A DNA stretch of 64,000 nucleotides from Acidimicrobiia bacterium (GTDB taxonomy: Bacteria; Actinomycetota; Acidimicrobiia; Spongiisociales; UBA11373). Position numbers and translations under genes: made by a program. The stretch covers positions 8,221 through 72,220 of the forward strand of contig JBFFRY010000009.1 in NCBI GenBank assembly GCA_041572755.1, written 5' to 3'. The notes beneath the pieces are model-generated. The model did no database searches and was not told the origin of the DNA. It worked only from the letters and a program-made list of their open reading frames with translations. The stretch's first letter is position 1. Each line of letters begins with the position of its first letter. Shown here piece after piece: positions 26,526 through 36,073 of the stretch.

Positions 26526-27196
26526 CAGCGGGTGATCTCGACGCGCTCCAGGTAGACGGACTCCAGGGGTCGGCTGGGGACGGCGTCGGGTGGTTGCGGT
26601 CCGAGCGGGACGGCGACGATCGAATCCATGACCTCGAAGCCGTCGACGACCCGGCCGAAGACGGTGAAGTTTGGTGGCAGCGAGAGGTCGGCGAGGACCA
26701 GGAAGAACTGGCTCCCCCCGCTATTGGGCAACCCGGAGTTGGCCATCGCCACCATCCCTCGGGTGTACACATGATCGGGCCCGGGGAACTCATCGGGCAG
26801 GGGGTAGCCGGGACCACCCAGCCCGGTCGCGGTGGGGTCGCCCGCCTGGATCACGAACCCGGGCACCACGCGATGGGAGACCGTGCCGTCGAAGTAGCCC
26901 TCGTCCGCCAGGAACACGAACGAGTTCACGGTGGCCGGAGCCAGGGCCGGGTCGAGCTCGAGGGTGATGGCGCCGCACGACGTGTGGAGGACGGCCTGGA
27001 TGCGTCCTTCCACGGCAGCGTCGCCGGCCTCTTCGAACTGCAGGGCCTTCGCCGGTTCGGGCCGGGCTGCACCGCAGGCGGTCGGCTGATCGCGAAACGC
27101 CAGGTAGGCGGGGCTGTCTACGGCGGCGGCTCCGCCGTCTCCGCAGGCGGCGGTGGTCGCGACGATGGCGAGGGCAAGCGCGGCAAATCGATGCAT
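26525..27196 (-). CDS. cyclophilin-type peptidyl-prolyl isomerase lipoprotein
   Basis: HRVVPGFVIQAGDP, AMANSG, GSQFF, TVFGRV; lipobox TAAC. Confidence 0.92.
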   Translation of the reverse strand: MHRFAALALAIVATTAACGDGGAAAVDSPAYLAFRDQPTACGAARPEPAKALQFEEAGDAAVEGRIQAVLHTSCGAITLELDPALAPATVNSFVFLADEGYFDGTVSHRVVPGFVIQAGDPTATGLGGPGYPLPDEFPGPDHVYTRGMVAMANSGLPNSGGSQFFLVLADLSLPPNFTVFGRVVDGFEVMDSIVAVPLGPQPPDAVPSRPLESVYLERVEITR

Positions 27197-27243
27197 GGCG
27201 CGGCACTATAGGGCGCCCGAATACCCACCGGTACACTCGGCCA

Positions 27244-28476
27244 ATGGCGACCATCGTCCAGAAGTACGGAGGAACTTCGGTCGGCGACGCCGAGCGGATC
27301 CTCGCCGTGGCCGACCGCGTGGCGTCCACTCACCAGAGCGGCAACTCGGTGGTTGTCGTGGTGTCGGCCATGGGCCGCACCACCGACGAGCTGATCAGGC
27401 TTGCGGCAGACATCAGCCCCAACAGCCACCCCCGCGAGATGGACATGTTGCTCACCGCCGGCGAGAGGATCTCGATGGCGCTGCTCGCCATGGCGATTCG
27501 TGACCGAGGCGTCGAGGCGCTGAGCCTGACCGGTTCACAGGCGGGCATCCTGACCGACACGAGCCACGGCTCGGCGAAGATCCGCGACATACGGCCGATT
27601 CGCGTCGAGGAGGGCCTCCGGGAGGGGAAGGTGGTGATCGTCGCCGGGTTCCAGGGCGTGTCACCCGACACCAAGGAAATCACCACACTCGGGCGAGGAG
27701 GCTCGGATGCCACCGCAGTCGCCATGGCCTCATTCCTCGGTGCCGATGTGTGCGAGATCTACACCGATGTCGACGGGGTCTTCACCGCCGATCCCCGGGT
27801 GGTTCCCGATGCTCGCAAGCTCGACGCGGTGTCCTACGAGGAGATGCTCGAGTTCGCTGCAGCGGGTGCGCGGGTGCTCATGGCGCGATCGGTGGAGTTC
27901 GGCCGCCGGTATAAGGTTCCGTTGCACGTCCGGTCGTCGTTTCACGACCGGGAAGGCACCTGGATCAAGGAGGAGGGCATGGAGGATGCCGTCGTCAGTG
28001 GGGTGGCCCACGACGACACCGAGGCGAAGGTGACGGTGCACGGTGTGCCGGACCGGCCCGGTGTGGCTGCCTCGGTGTTCGAGCCTCTGGCAGAGGCGGG
28101 TATCCCGGTTGACATGATCGTTCAGAACGTGGCGACCGCCGGGCACACCGATATCAGTTTCACCGTCCCGATGGAGCTGGCCGATCGGGCGCGGACGGCC
28201 GCGATGAGTGCGGCCCAGGCCCTCGGCGCAGGCGGCGTGGATGTCGATCCCGATATCGCCAAGGTCTCGATCGTCGGGGCCGGAATGGGGTCGGCCCCCG
28301 GCATCGCCGCCCGCATGTTCGCCGTGCTGGCGAAAGCCGGGATCAACATCCAGATGATCTCCACGTCCCCGATCAGGGTGTCGTGCGTGATCGAGAGCGA
28401 TCGGGTCGAGGATGCCGTCGCGGTCCTGCACGAGTCCTTCGACCCGCCGGTGGTGCAAGAGGAGGGTCGCTCGTGA
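27244..28476 (+). CDS. ask: aspartate kinase
   Basis: VQKYGGTS, TTLGRGGSD, two C-terminal ACT domains. Confidence 0.97.
   Translation: MATIVQKYGGTSVGDAERILAVADRVASTHQSGNSVVVVVSAMGRTTDELIRLAADISPNSHPREMDMLLTAGERISMALLAMAIRDRGVEALSLTGSQAGILTDTSHGSAKIRDIRPIRVEEGLREGKVVIVAGFQGVSPDTKEITTLGRGGSDATAVAMASFLGADVCEIYTDVDGVFTADPRVVPDARKLDAVSYEEMLEFAAAGARVLMARSVEFGRRYKVPLHVRSSFHDREGTWIKEEGMEDAVVSGVAHDDTEAKVTVHGVPDRPGVAASVFEPLAEAGIPVDMIVQNVATAGHTDISFTVPMELADRARTAAMSAAQALGAGGVDVDPDIAKVSIVGAGMGSAPGIAARMFAVLAKAGINIQMISTSPIRVSCVIESDRVEDAVAVLHESFDPPVVQEEGRS
27979..28476 (+). CDS. probable in-frame aspartate kinase beta subunit (internal start)
   Basis: Strong SD AAGGAGGAGG directly before in-frame Met246 at the start of the ACT region. 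Confidence 0.6.
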   Translation: MEDAVVSGVAHDDTEAKVTVHGVPDRPGVAASVFEPLAEAGIPVDMIVQNVATAGHTDISFTVPMELADRARTAAMSAAQALGAGGVDVDPDIAKVSIVGAGMGSAPGIAARMFAVLAKAGINIQMISTSPIRVSCVIESDRVEDAVAVLHESFDPPVVQEEGRS

Positions 28477-29486
28477 CCAAGGTGAATGTGGCAGTGGTCG
28501 GTGCAACCGGCGCGGTCGGTCGGGAGATGATCGCCGCTCTGGAGCGCCGCTCCTTCCCCGTCGGTGCGTTGCGCTTGATGGCGTCGTCCCGGTCGGCGGG
28601 GAAGAAGGTGGAGACCCCATGGGGCGATGTGGTGGTCGAGGATCTCACCGAGGCAGATCCCGCCGGGCTCGACGTGGCCCTCTTCTCGGCCGGTGGAGAC
28701 CGGTCGCGGCATCACGCCCCGCGCTTCGCCGAGGCGGGGGCCGTGGTCGTCGACAACTCATCCGCCTGGAGGATGGAGGACGCCGTTCCTCTGGTCGTGG
28801 TCGGCGTCAACGATCATGCTGCGGCCGAGCATCGCGGGATCATCGCCAACCCCAACTGCACCACGATGGTGCTGATGATGGCGGTGGGACCCATCCACCG
28901 GGCCACCCCCCTGCGGTCCATGGTGGTCGCCTCGTATCAGTCCGTCTCCGGGTCGGGGAACAAGGGGATCGAGGAGTTGGTGCGGCAGAACGCTGCTCTG
29001 GGTTCCGACGTTGCCGCCCTCCAGTTGGGCGGATGGTCTGACCCCGGCAGCGATGCCTACGTCCGTCCCATTGGCTGGAACGTTCTGCCGTATGCCGGGA
29101 ATGCGGCCGATGAGGGGTACACCGACGAGGAGCTCAAACTCGTCAACGAGACCCGGAAGATCCTCGAAGCCCCGGATGTCCTCGTCGAGCCGACCTGTGT
29201 CCGGGTCCCGGTGATCGTGGGCCACGGCATTGCTGCGACGTGCTGGTTCGATCGGGCAGTCGACGTGACCGAGGCTTCGGACCTCATCGGGGCCGCTCCC
29301 GGGGTCGAGATCTGGCACGACAAGGTGCCGACGCCCCTCGATTCGGCGGGGGTGGATGATGTGCTGGTCGGCCGTCTCAGGGGCACCGTGGGAACACGCG
29401 GAGGGGTCTCGATGTGGGTCGTGGGCGACAACCTGCGCAAGGGCGCGGCCCTCAACACGGTGCAGATAGCCGAATTGGTGATCTGA
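28473..29486 (+). CDS. asd: aspartate-semialdehyde dehydrogenase
   Basis: VVGATGAVG, IANPNCTT, TCVRVPV, DNLRKGAALN; GTGA overlap with ask. Confidence 0.97.
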   Translation: MTKVNVAVVGATGAVGREMIAALERRSFPVGALRLMASSRSAGKKVETPWGDVVVEDLTEADPAGLDVALFSAGGDRSRHHAPRFAEAGAVVVDNSSAWRMEDAVPLVVVGVNDHAAAEHRGIIANPNCTTMVLMMAVGPIHRATPLRSMVVASYQSVSGSGNKGIEELVRQNAALGSDVAALQLGGWSDPGSDAYVRPIGWNVLPYAGNAADEGYTDEELKLVNETRKILEAPDVLVEPTCVRVPVIVGHGIAATCWFDRAVDVTEASDLIGAAPGVEIWHDKVPTPLDSAGVDDVLVGRLRGTVGTRGGVSMWVVGDNLRKGAALNTVQIAELVI

Positions 29487-29510
29487 CACCCGGCGCAAAG
29501 CCGGGTGTCA
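29484..29510. terminator. 11-bp hairpin between convergent asd and tRNA-Pro
   Basis: TGACACCCGGC-GCAAA-GCCGGGTGTCA; starts in the asd stop codon and ends 1 nt from the tRNA 3' end. Confidence 0.7.
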
Positions 29511-29511
29511 G

Positions 29512-29585
29512 TCGGGACGGCCGGATTTGAACCGGCGACCTCAGCGTCCCGAACGCTGCGCGCTGCCAAACTGCGCCACGTCCCG
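29512..29585 (-). tRNA. tRNA-Pro (anticodon CGG), CCA not encoded
   Basis: 74-nt cloverleaf CGGGACG...CAGCG-TTCGGGA-CGCTG...TTCAAAT...CGTCCCG-A. Confidence 0.97.
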
Positions 29586-29598
29586 CGGGAGCCACATG

Positions 29599-30855
29599 TT
29601 AGCCCTCCTCGGTTTGCACAATCCTGACCTGATCCACCCGGTGGCGGTCCATGCGCACGATGATGAGACGGAGGCCGTCGACCTCGACCATCTCACCCTC
29701 GGTGGGGATCCTTCCGGCGAGGTCGAGGATGAGTCCGCCGATCGTCGTGTAGGGCCCGGCGCGAACCGATCGGCCGAGGGCCTCGGCGAGGTCGCCGACA
29801 GGTATTCGCCCGTCTGCCATCCATTCACCGCCTTCGAGACCGACCAGGCTCGGGAGCCCGGGGTCGAACTCGTCCTGGAGATCTCCGACGAGCTCGCCGA
29901 CGAGATCCTTGACGGTCACGAGTCCCTCTACACCCCCGTGCTCGTCGAGGACGATGGCGAAGGCTCTTCGTCCGAGACGGAGCTCGTGGAGCAGCTCGAG
30001 CTGGGGCTTCGTCTCGGGAACGAAGTAGGGCTCTCGCAGTATCCGTCTTATGTCGGCTTCGGAGGGTTCTCCCGGCATGCGCAGCAGGTCCTTGACGTGG
30101 AGGATGCCGATGGGGTGATCGAGGTCTCCGTTGATGACCGGGAACCGGCTGTGGCCGCTGGCGGCGACCGCCTCGCGTACCGAGGCGAGCGTGACCGGCA
30201 TGTCGAGAGCCAGGATGTCGGTTCGGGGCGTCATCACCTCGCGGACGTGCCGGTCGGCGAGAGCGAAGAGTGAGTGGATGATCTCCCGCTCCGCCGTCTC
30301 GATGTCCCCGCTTCGTTCCCCGAGGACGGCCATCGCCCGGATGTCCTCTTCCGTGATGGGGGCCGGCCCACCCGTCGCGTCGATCCGCAACAGACGGAAG
30401 ATCCCGCGGCTCATCCACAGGAAGAAGCGCGATACGGGCCGGAGCGCGATCGAGAGTCGCCAGATGATCGGCGCCACTGCCACCGAGTAGCGCTCCGGGT
30501 ATCGGGTTGCCAGGCTCTTCGGCGTGATCTCGCCCACCAGAAGGACCACAGCAGTCACTGCGGCAGTGGCCGTCCACGGGCCCCAGTCCTCTCCAAGGAG
30601 ATCGACGAACAGCACCGTGGCCACCGAGGCCCCGAGGATGTTGACGAAGTTGTTGGCGATGAGGAGCGTGCTCAACATCCGGTCGGGATCCTCGGTCAGG
30701 TCCTCGAGGCGGGCCGCCCGCCGATTGGTCATGACCAGGCCGGAGACCCGTTCCCGGGGAATCGCGACGAGAGCCGTCTCCGAACCGGAGAAGAAGCCCG
30801 AGGCGAAGACGCAGGCTCCCAGCAATGAGAGATAGACGATCTGGGCAACGGTCAT
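29599..30855 (-). CDS. CNNM/TlyC family protein (DUF21 + CBS pair + CorC/HlyC)
   Basis: FFSGSETAL, GEITPKS, VMTPR, HSRFPV, DEHGGVEG. Confidence 0.92.
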   Translation of the reverse strand: MTVAQIVYLSLLGACVFASGFFSGSETALVAIPRERVSGLVMTNRRAARLEDLTEDPDRMLSTLLIANNFVNILGASVATVLFVDLLGEDWGPWTATAAVTAVVLLVGEITPKSLATRYPERYSVAVAPIIWRLSIALRPVSRFFLWMSRGIFRLLRIDATGGPAPITEEDIRAMAVLGERSGDIETAEREIIHSLFALADRHVREVMTPRTDILALDMPVTLASVREAVAASGHSRFPVINGDLDHPIGILHVKDLLRMPGEPSEADIRRILREPYFVPETKPQLELLHELRLGRRAFAIVLDEHGGVEGLVTVKDLVGELVGDLQDEFDPGLPSLVGLEGGEWMADGRIPVGDLAEALGRSVRAGPYTTIGGLILDLAGRIPTEGEMVEVDGLRLIIVRMDRHRVDQVRIVQTEEG

Positions 30856-30907
30856 GGAAGTCCCCCGAAGGGGCGAGTACTCGGAGGCTCCTTGGGATCG
30901 AGGCGCG

Positions 30908-31291
30908 TCATGTCGGGTCCTCGCCACCGTCCAGAAGGCGCTCGATGGTGGTGCGGATTTCGAACGCCGTGAACGGCTTCTGGATCCAGGCGTCGGCACC
31001 GGCGCGTCTCGCCAGGGAACCGTCGGCCTTCCGGTCGAGGAGCAGCACCGTGGGGATGCCTCCCTTGGTGCGGGTGGCATCCCGTATCGAGCGGACGATC
31101 GCCATGCCTCCCATCGAGCTGATCTGGAGGTCCACGACTGCGGCATCGACGGCTTCGGTGCGGCAGGCGTCGATCGCCGCGCGCGGGTCGTCGTACTCGA
31201 TCAGCTGGTAGCCCGGCTCGGCGAGCGAGGCGCGCACATCGTTGATGACCCAGGACTCGTCTGCGACCACGAGGACATGTGGCATGAGCAC
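30908..31291 (-). CDS. stand-alone response regulator receiver protein
   Basis: CheY-like fold: VVDLQ (phospho-Asp), KPF. Confidence 0.85.
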   Translation of the reverse strand: MLMPHVLVVADESWVINDVRASLAEPGYQLIEYDDPRAAIDACRTEAVDAAVVDLQISSMGGMAIVRSIRDATRTKGGIPTVLLLDRKADGSLARRAGADAWIQKPFTAFEIRTTIERLLDGGEDPT

Positions 31292-31343
31292 ACCGACTGT
31301 AGTCGTGTCGGGACAGGTCTCAGGCGAGACCTAACATGCCGTC

Positions 31344-32621
31344 GTGGCTCTTCGCCGCAGCCTCCTCGTGCTGCTCCTCGCGTCTTCCATGGCCGGCCCG
31401 GTTGGCGGCGCCATCGGGCGCGCCGCCACCGAGGTGATCGATGTCGTGGAAGTGAATGGACTCATCGACGAGAGGCTCGTCGAGTTCGTGCTCGACGTCG
31501 TTGAGACGACCGACGCAGGTCTGGTCGTGCTGCAGGTCGACTCACGGGGCGCCGTCGATGGCGCCGTCGATCGTCTGATCGACGGGATTGCAGACGCGGA
31601 GCGTCCCGTCGTGGTGTGGGTGGGGCCGGCACCCGCGGTGGCGCAGGGCGGCGCGCTGCAGGTGATGCTCTCGGCCACCATTCGGTCGGCTGCTCCCGAG
31701 GCACGCCTCGGGCTCGCCGTTCCCACAGTGGCCGGCGGCGCCGACGATCGGTCCGCCGTTTCCGAGCGGTTTCCGCAGCTCACCGATGCATTGCTGTGGT
31801 CGCACGTCGAGGTGAGCGAGCCGATCGAGGACGTCGTCGATGTGGTTTCTCCTTCGATCGGCCAGTTGATCGTCGGACTCGACGGCACCGAGGTCGCAGT
31901 GGGCGATACCTCGGTCGTGCTGGAGACTGCATCGACCGAGCTCGAGGACGGCCTGGAGGTGACCAGACCGGCTGCCGAGGTGCGTTTCATCAAGCCGGGC
32001 ATCGTGGATCGAACCCTGCGGATCGCCCTGCAACCCGAAACCGCCTTCCTGCTGCTCGTGATGGGTCTGGCTCTCGTCGTGTTCGAGTTCTTCGCGGCCG
32101 GCCCGGGCGTCGCCGCCGCCGGCGGGGTGGCTTCGATCCTGCTGGCCGGGTACGGATTGGCGACCCTGCCGGTGAACTGGTGGGCGGTGGCGCTCGCCCT
32201 CGTCGGGATCGCGCTGTACGTCTTTGAGGCGCAACGGAATGCCTTGGGGTTCCCTGCGCTGGTCGGAACCGGTCTTCTGGTGAGCGGGGGTCTCTTCCTG
32301 AATGCCGGGGGCCCCCAAATCGAGGTGACGTGGTGGGCGGTGGCGCTCACCGTTGCCGCTACGGCCCTCTTCTTCTCGGTGGCGCTGACCACCGTGGCGC
32401 GGGCGCGCTTCTCGACCCACACGATCGGCCGAGCCGGGCTCATCGGAACGCGGGGCACGGCAGAGTCTGCCCTCGATCCCGAGGGGGTGGTCGTCATCGA
32501 CGGGTCGCGGTGGAGGGCCCGTGCTCGGCGGGGCGCCGGACTCGGGTCGGGTGACGTCATCGAGGTGATCGGGATCGACGGGGTGGTGCTCGAGGTCGAG
32601 CCTTCCCCTCACTCCGGCTGA
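31344..32621 (+). CDS. NfeD-family membrane protein (ClpP-like + TM + OB fold)
   Basis: DSRGA, VWVGP.P.VAQGG, TM block, C-terminal GVVVIDGSRWRAR; GTG lies 6 nt after TAACAT. Confidence 0.85.
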   Translation: MALRRSLLVLLLASSMAGPVGGAIGRAATEVIDVVEVNGLIDERLVEFVLDVVETTDAGLVVLQVDSRGAVDGAVDRLIDGIADAERPVVVWVGPAPAVAQGGALQVMLSATIRSAAPEARLGLAVPTVAGGADDRSAVSERFPQLTDALLWSHVEVSEPIEDVVDVVSPSIGQLIVGLDGTEVAVGDTSVVLETASTELEDGLEVTRPAAEVRFIKPGIVDRTLRIALQPETAFLLLVMGLALVVFEFFAAGPGVAAAGGVASILLAGYGLATLPVNWWAVALALVGIALYVFEAQRNALGFPALVGTGLLVSGGLFLNAGGPQIEVTWWAVALTVAATALFFSVALTTVARARFSTHTIGRAGLIGTRGTAESALDPEGVVVIDGSRWRARARRGAGLGSGDVIEVIGIDGVVLEVEPSPHSG

Positions 32622-32698
32622 CTTCCAGAAAATCCCTGGCAGGTCCAGATGGGGGCTGGTAGCGTCGCGCCGCGACTCTGAGGGAGGAAGGGCTCAAG

Positions 32699-32971
32699 AT
32701 GGCTGGTGTTGCCCCGCTCGATCGATCCTGGCAGGTGACGGGCCTCTGTCGGGGGAACCACTCGTACCTCTTCTTTCCCCCGAGCACCGTTGAGCGCAAG
32801 GATGAGCGGGAGCGTCGCGAGCAGAAGGCAAAAGCCATCTGTCAGGTCTGCCCGGTCAAGGAAGAGTGCCTCGAATTCGCCCTCGAGATTCGTGAGCCCT
32901 ACGGCATCTGGGGAGGGCTCACCGAGACGGAGCGGCGTCAGCACCTCGCTCGTCGTTCGGCGGCCGTCTGA
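32699..32971 (+). CDS. WhiB-family Fe-S transcription factor (WhiB3/WhiD-like)
   Basis: Four Cys (C, CxxC, C) and GIWGGLTE. Confidence 0.93.
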   Translation: MAGVAPLDRSWQVTGLCRGNHSYLFFPPSTVERKDERERREQKAKAICQVCPVKEECLEFALEIREPYGIWGGLTETERRQHLARRSAAV

Positions 32972-34751
32972 TCACGCGCCCGTCCCCGACGCGGCGGGTC
33001 ACCCCGTTGGCGTCCAACCACTCGAGCAGGGGCACGGCGTGCTTCCGGGTGATGCGGAACTCGTCGCGGAACTCAGCCACCGTGAACCCGTCCGCCATGT
33101 GCCGTACTTCGGCGACGATGCCGTCGAGTAGGGCGCGCGGGTAGACGAAATCAGATCCGACTTCGACCAGTTCCCCGGATCGGATCAAGGCATGGAGGAT
33201 CTCGACGTCGAGGTCGAGATCCTGGCGTCTCGGCACCGCGACTCCCGCCTCGGTGAGCGCCCTGCGGGCATCACGCCACTCCCGATCGGCATCTCCATCG
33301 AGGCCCGGCTCGAAGTCGGCTGATCGAATCGTGGCGCCCTCGTGGACGAGACGCGGCTCGCGGGCAACGAGCGCCTCGAGGATCCCAATTGGGAGGCCGA
33401 GTTGCTCGGCGAGGCTTGCCGTCGGCATGCCCGGTCGGAAGGGAGCCGACTCGTGGAATCGGGCGACCTGGTCCACGGCCCGATCGGCGAGCCGTGACGC
33501 CTCCACCGGTGAGAGGGCTTGGTCGGCTGCGATGAATGCCTCTCCCGGATCACCTCCCCCCGCATGAGCCGCCAGGGTGGAGATCGACGCTCGGCCCCTG
33601 ACCTCCAGAAGGGCGCGCGCTGCGGCATCGGGACCTTCGAGGCCGGTCCGCAAGATCGGAAGGGCGGCCCGAATCCGTGCAGTTCGGCGGGGGGGATCCG
33701 GGTCGAGCACGAGACCCCCGGCGACGACGGCGCGGCGGCCCACCTCGCGCAGGACGAAGCGGTCCCCCACCTGCAGCGGGATCGCTCGCTGTGCCTCGAT
33801 GGCGGCAGCCCCCGACGTTTCCAGCGTCGGCGCCTCCACCAGGCGGATGCGGGCCGGTACGGCGCTGCTTCCGACATGGAGCTGAAAGGCGCCGCGATCC
33901 CGGATCGGCTCGGCGAGATTCCGAACGGTTCGGAGATCGGCCAGGAACCGGGTGGTGGGCTGCCAGTCGTCGGGTCGGCCCAGCATGGCGCCGCGCGGCA
34001 CCCGGTCGCGGGTAGTGCCGGCGAGGTTCACCGCGGCCCGGTTACCCGGATCCAGTCGGTCATGGGCGACCTCGTGGCTCTGGATGCTGCGCACCCGCAC
34101 CCGGTCTTCGCCGGGCCACACGACGAGTTGATCGCCGGCTGCGACCGGTCCGCCGACCAGGGTGCCGGTCACGACCGTGCCCGCTCCGCCGATCGTGAAG
34201 GCCCGGTCGATCCAGAGCCTCGGGCGGTTGCCGCTCCGAGAAGGAACTGCGGAGAGGGCTCGGGTGAGCGCTTCGCGGACCTCGGCGACACCGAGGCCCA
34301 CCGGTGCGCCGGTCCGGACGACCGGAGCTCCCTCGAGCACGGTGCCGGCCACCCGGTCCTGCACCTCGAGTTCGGCCAGGTCGGCGGTGTCGGTGTCGAT
34401 GGTGTCGGCGCGAGTGAGAGCGATCACACCGCCGCTGATCCCCAGAAGATCGAGAACGGCCAGGTGCTCCTCAGACTGTGGCATCCACCCCTCGTCGGCG
34501 GCGACGACGAAGAGGGCGACATCGATTGCGTCGATCCCGGCGAGCATGTTCTTGATGAAGCGTTCGTGGCCCGGGACATCCACGAAACCCACTTCGGTCC
34601 CGTCCTCGAGCGTGGTCCACGCAAACCCGAGGTCGATGGTGAGGCCCCGTTCCTTCTCTTCGTCCCAGCGATCCGGATCACGCCCGGTGAGCGCCTCGAT
34701 CAGAGTCGACTTGCCGTGGTCGACGTGGCCGGCGGTCCCTACGACCGGCAT
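32919..34751 (-). CDS. selB: selenocysteine-specific elongation factor
   Basis: TAGHVDHGKS, EEKERGLTIDLGF, DVPGHERF, C-terminal winged helices (RKHAVPLLE). Confidence 0.95.
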   Translation of the reverse strand: MPVVGTAGHVDHGKSTLIEALTGRDPDRWDEEKERGLTIDLGFAWTTLEDGTEVGFVDVPGHERFIKNMLAGIDAIDVALFVVAADEGWMPQSEEHLAVLDLLGISGGVIALTRADTIDTDTADLAELEVQDRVAGTVLEGAPVVRTGAPVGLGVAEVREALTRALSAVPSRSGNRPRLWIDRAFTIGGAGTVVTGTLVGGPVAAGDQLVVWPGEDRVRVRSIQSHEVAHDRLDPGNRAAVNLAGTTRDRVPRGAMLGRPDDWQPTTRFLADLRTVRNLAEPIRDRGAFQLHVGSSAVPARIRLVEAPTLETSGAAAIEAQRAIPLQVGDRFVLREVGRRAVVAGGLVLDPDPPRRTARIRAALPILRTGLEGPDAAARALLEVRGRASISTLAAHAGGGDPGEAFIAADQALSPVEASRLADRAVDQVARFHESAPFRPGMPTASLAEQLGLPIGILEALVAREPRLVHEGATIRSADFEPGLDGDADREWRDARRALTEAGVAVPRRQDLDLDVEILHALIRSGELVEVGSDFVYPRALLDGIVAEVRHMADGFTVAEFRDEFRITRKHAVPLLEWLDANGVTRRVGDGRVIRRPPNDERGADAAPSR

Positions 34752-36073
34752 GTTGCTGCAAGGCCGGCGGCCACCGCACCGTCGTCGTCTGGATCAACGG
34801 AGCGAGGGTCGATGACGAGCCCTCGATCGTCCCGACGGGCCACGATCGGTGGAGTGAGATCGAGGAGGGCCCGCCACGCTTCTTTGGGCGGGTCGGGGAT
34901 CACCACGATCGGTCCGGGGATGCCCTTTCCCGGCACCGACCCTGCCCCGGGAAGCGAGACGCCGGAGGCCATCTCGGCCCCTTCGAGGCCCGCCTCGGTG
35001 ATGATCCGACGGCAGCGCTCCTCGAGTGTTGCGATGCCGGTGGTCGCGGCCCGCCAGAACGGCAGTTCCCCGGCCCGACCGGCGGCGTACATCTCGAGGG
35101 TGGTAGCCACGGCATCCAGCCGGGGACCGTCGATGCGGAGGGCGCGTGCGACCGGGTGTTCCGCCATCCGTCCGATGAGATCTGCTCGACCCACGATGAT
35201 GCCCGCCTGCGGTCCGCCCAGGAGCTTGTCGCCGGAGAACATGACCAGGTCGGCTCCTTCCTCGAGGGTTTGCCGAACCGCCGGCTCCTCGGCGAGCCAG
35301 GCCGGTGGGGGCCCGTCGACCCAGGGAACCCGAGCATCGAGGAGGCCACTCCCCACGTCGGCGGCGAAGGGGATGCCGGACTCCCGGGCCAGCAGGGCCA
35401 ATTCGCGGTAGCCGACCTCGGCCACGAAGCCCTCAACCCGGTAGTTGGAGGGGTGGACCTTGAGCAGCAGTGAAGGCTTCGACCCGCAGGCCTTCCGGTA
35501 ATCCTCGATCCGGGTGCGGTTGGTGGTGCCGACCTCGATCATCTCGGCGCCGGTGGCCGCCATCAGGTCGGGGAGGCGGAACGAACCCCCGATCTCGATC
35601 TGCTCTCCTCGGGACACCACCACGGCACCGTTCCCGGCCAGGGCGGCGATGGTCAGGTACAGGGCCCCGGCGTTGTTGTTGACGATCAGGGCCGCCTCCG
35701 CGCCGGTCACGGTGGTCGCCATCTCCAGGGCGAAGGCGCCGCGTCGCCCGCGTCGTCCCGAGCCGAGGTCGAACTCGAGGGGTGTCGCCGAGGCGGCGGA
35801 AGCCGCCGCCGTCTCCACCGCCTCTCGGGCCATCGGGGCCCGGCCGAGATTGGTGTGCAGGAGCACCCCGGTGGCATTGATCACCCGGCGGGGCCGCAAC
35901 CGGCGCAACCGGTCGAGTTGGCCGAGGGCGAGGGTCTCCGGGTCGGGGCCGTTGGAGGCGTCCCGCCAAGACTCGATGGATCGGCGGGCCACCTCGACGA
36001 CCAGCGCCCGGGGCAGGGAGCCATCGTCGAGGGCGGCGGCCAGGGCATCGACGGAGGGGGGCCGGGAGACCAT
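34739..36073 (-). CDS. selA: L-seryl-tRNA(Sec) selenium transferase
   Basis: INATGVLLHTNLGRAP, VNNNAGA, EIGGSFRLP, FSGDKLLGGPQAG. Confidence 0.96.
   Translation of the reverse strand: MVSRPPSVDALAAALDDGSLPRALVVEVARRSIESWRDASNGPDPETLALGQLDRLRRLRPRRVINATGVLLHTNLGRAPMAREAVETAAASAASATPLEFDLGSGRRGRRGAFALEMATTVTGAEAALIVNNNAGALYLTIAALAGNGAVVVSRGEQIEIGGSFRLPDLMAATGAEMIEVGTTNRTRIEDYRKACGSKPSLLLKVHPSNYRVEGFVAEVGYRELALLARESGIPFAADVGSGLLDARVPWVDGPPPAWLAEEPAVRQTLEEGADLVMFSGDKLLGGPQAGIIVGRADLIGRMAEHPVARALRIDGPRLDAVATTLEMYAAGRAGELPFWRAATTGIATLEERCRRIITEAGLEGAEMASGVSLPGAGSVPGKGIPGPIVVIPDPPKEAWRALLDLTPPIVARRDDRGLVIDPRSVDPDDDGAVAAGLAATCRS

Noticed and set aside
29512-29585. tRNA-Pro as an integration site
   Set aside because: No integrase, no duplicated tRNA 3' end, and housekeeping genes on both sides.
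32622-32698. tRNA-Sec (selC) near selAB
   Set aside because: No tRNA-like cloverleaf with a UCA anticodon here or in the other intergenic gaps I examined.
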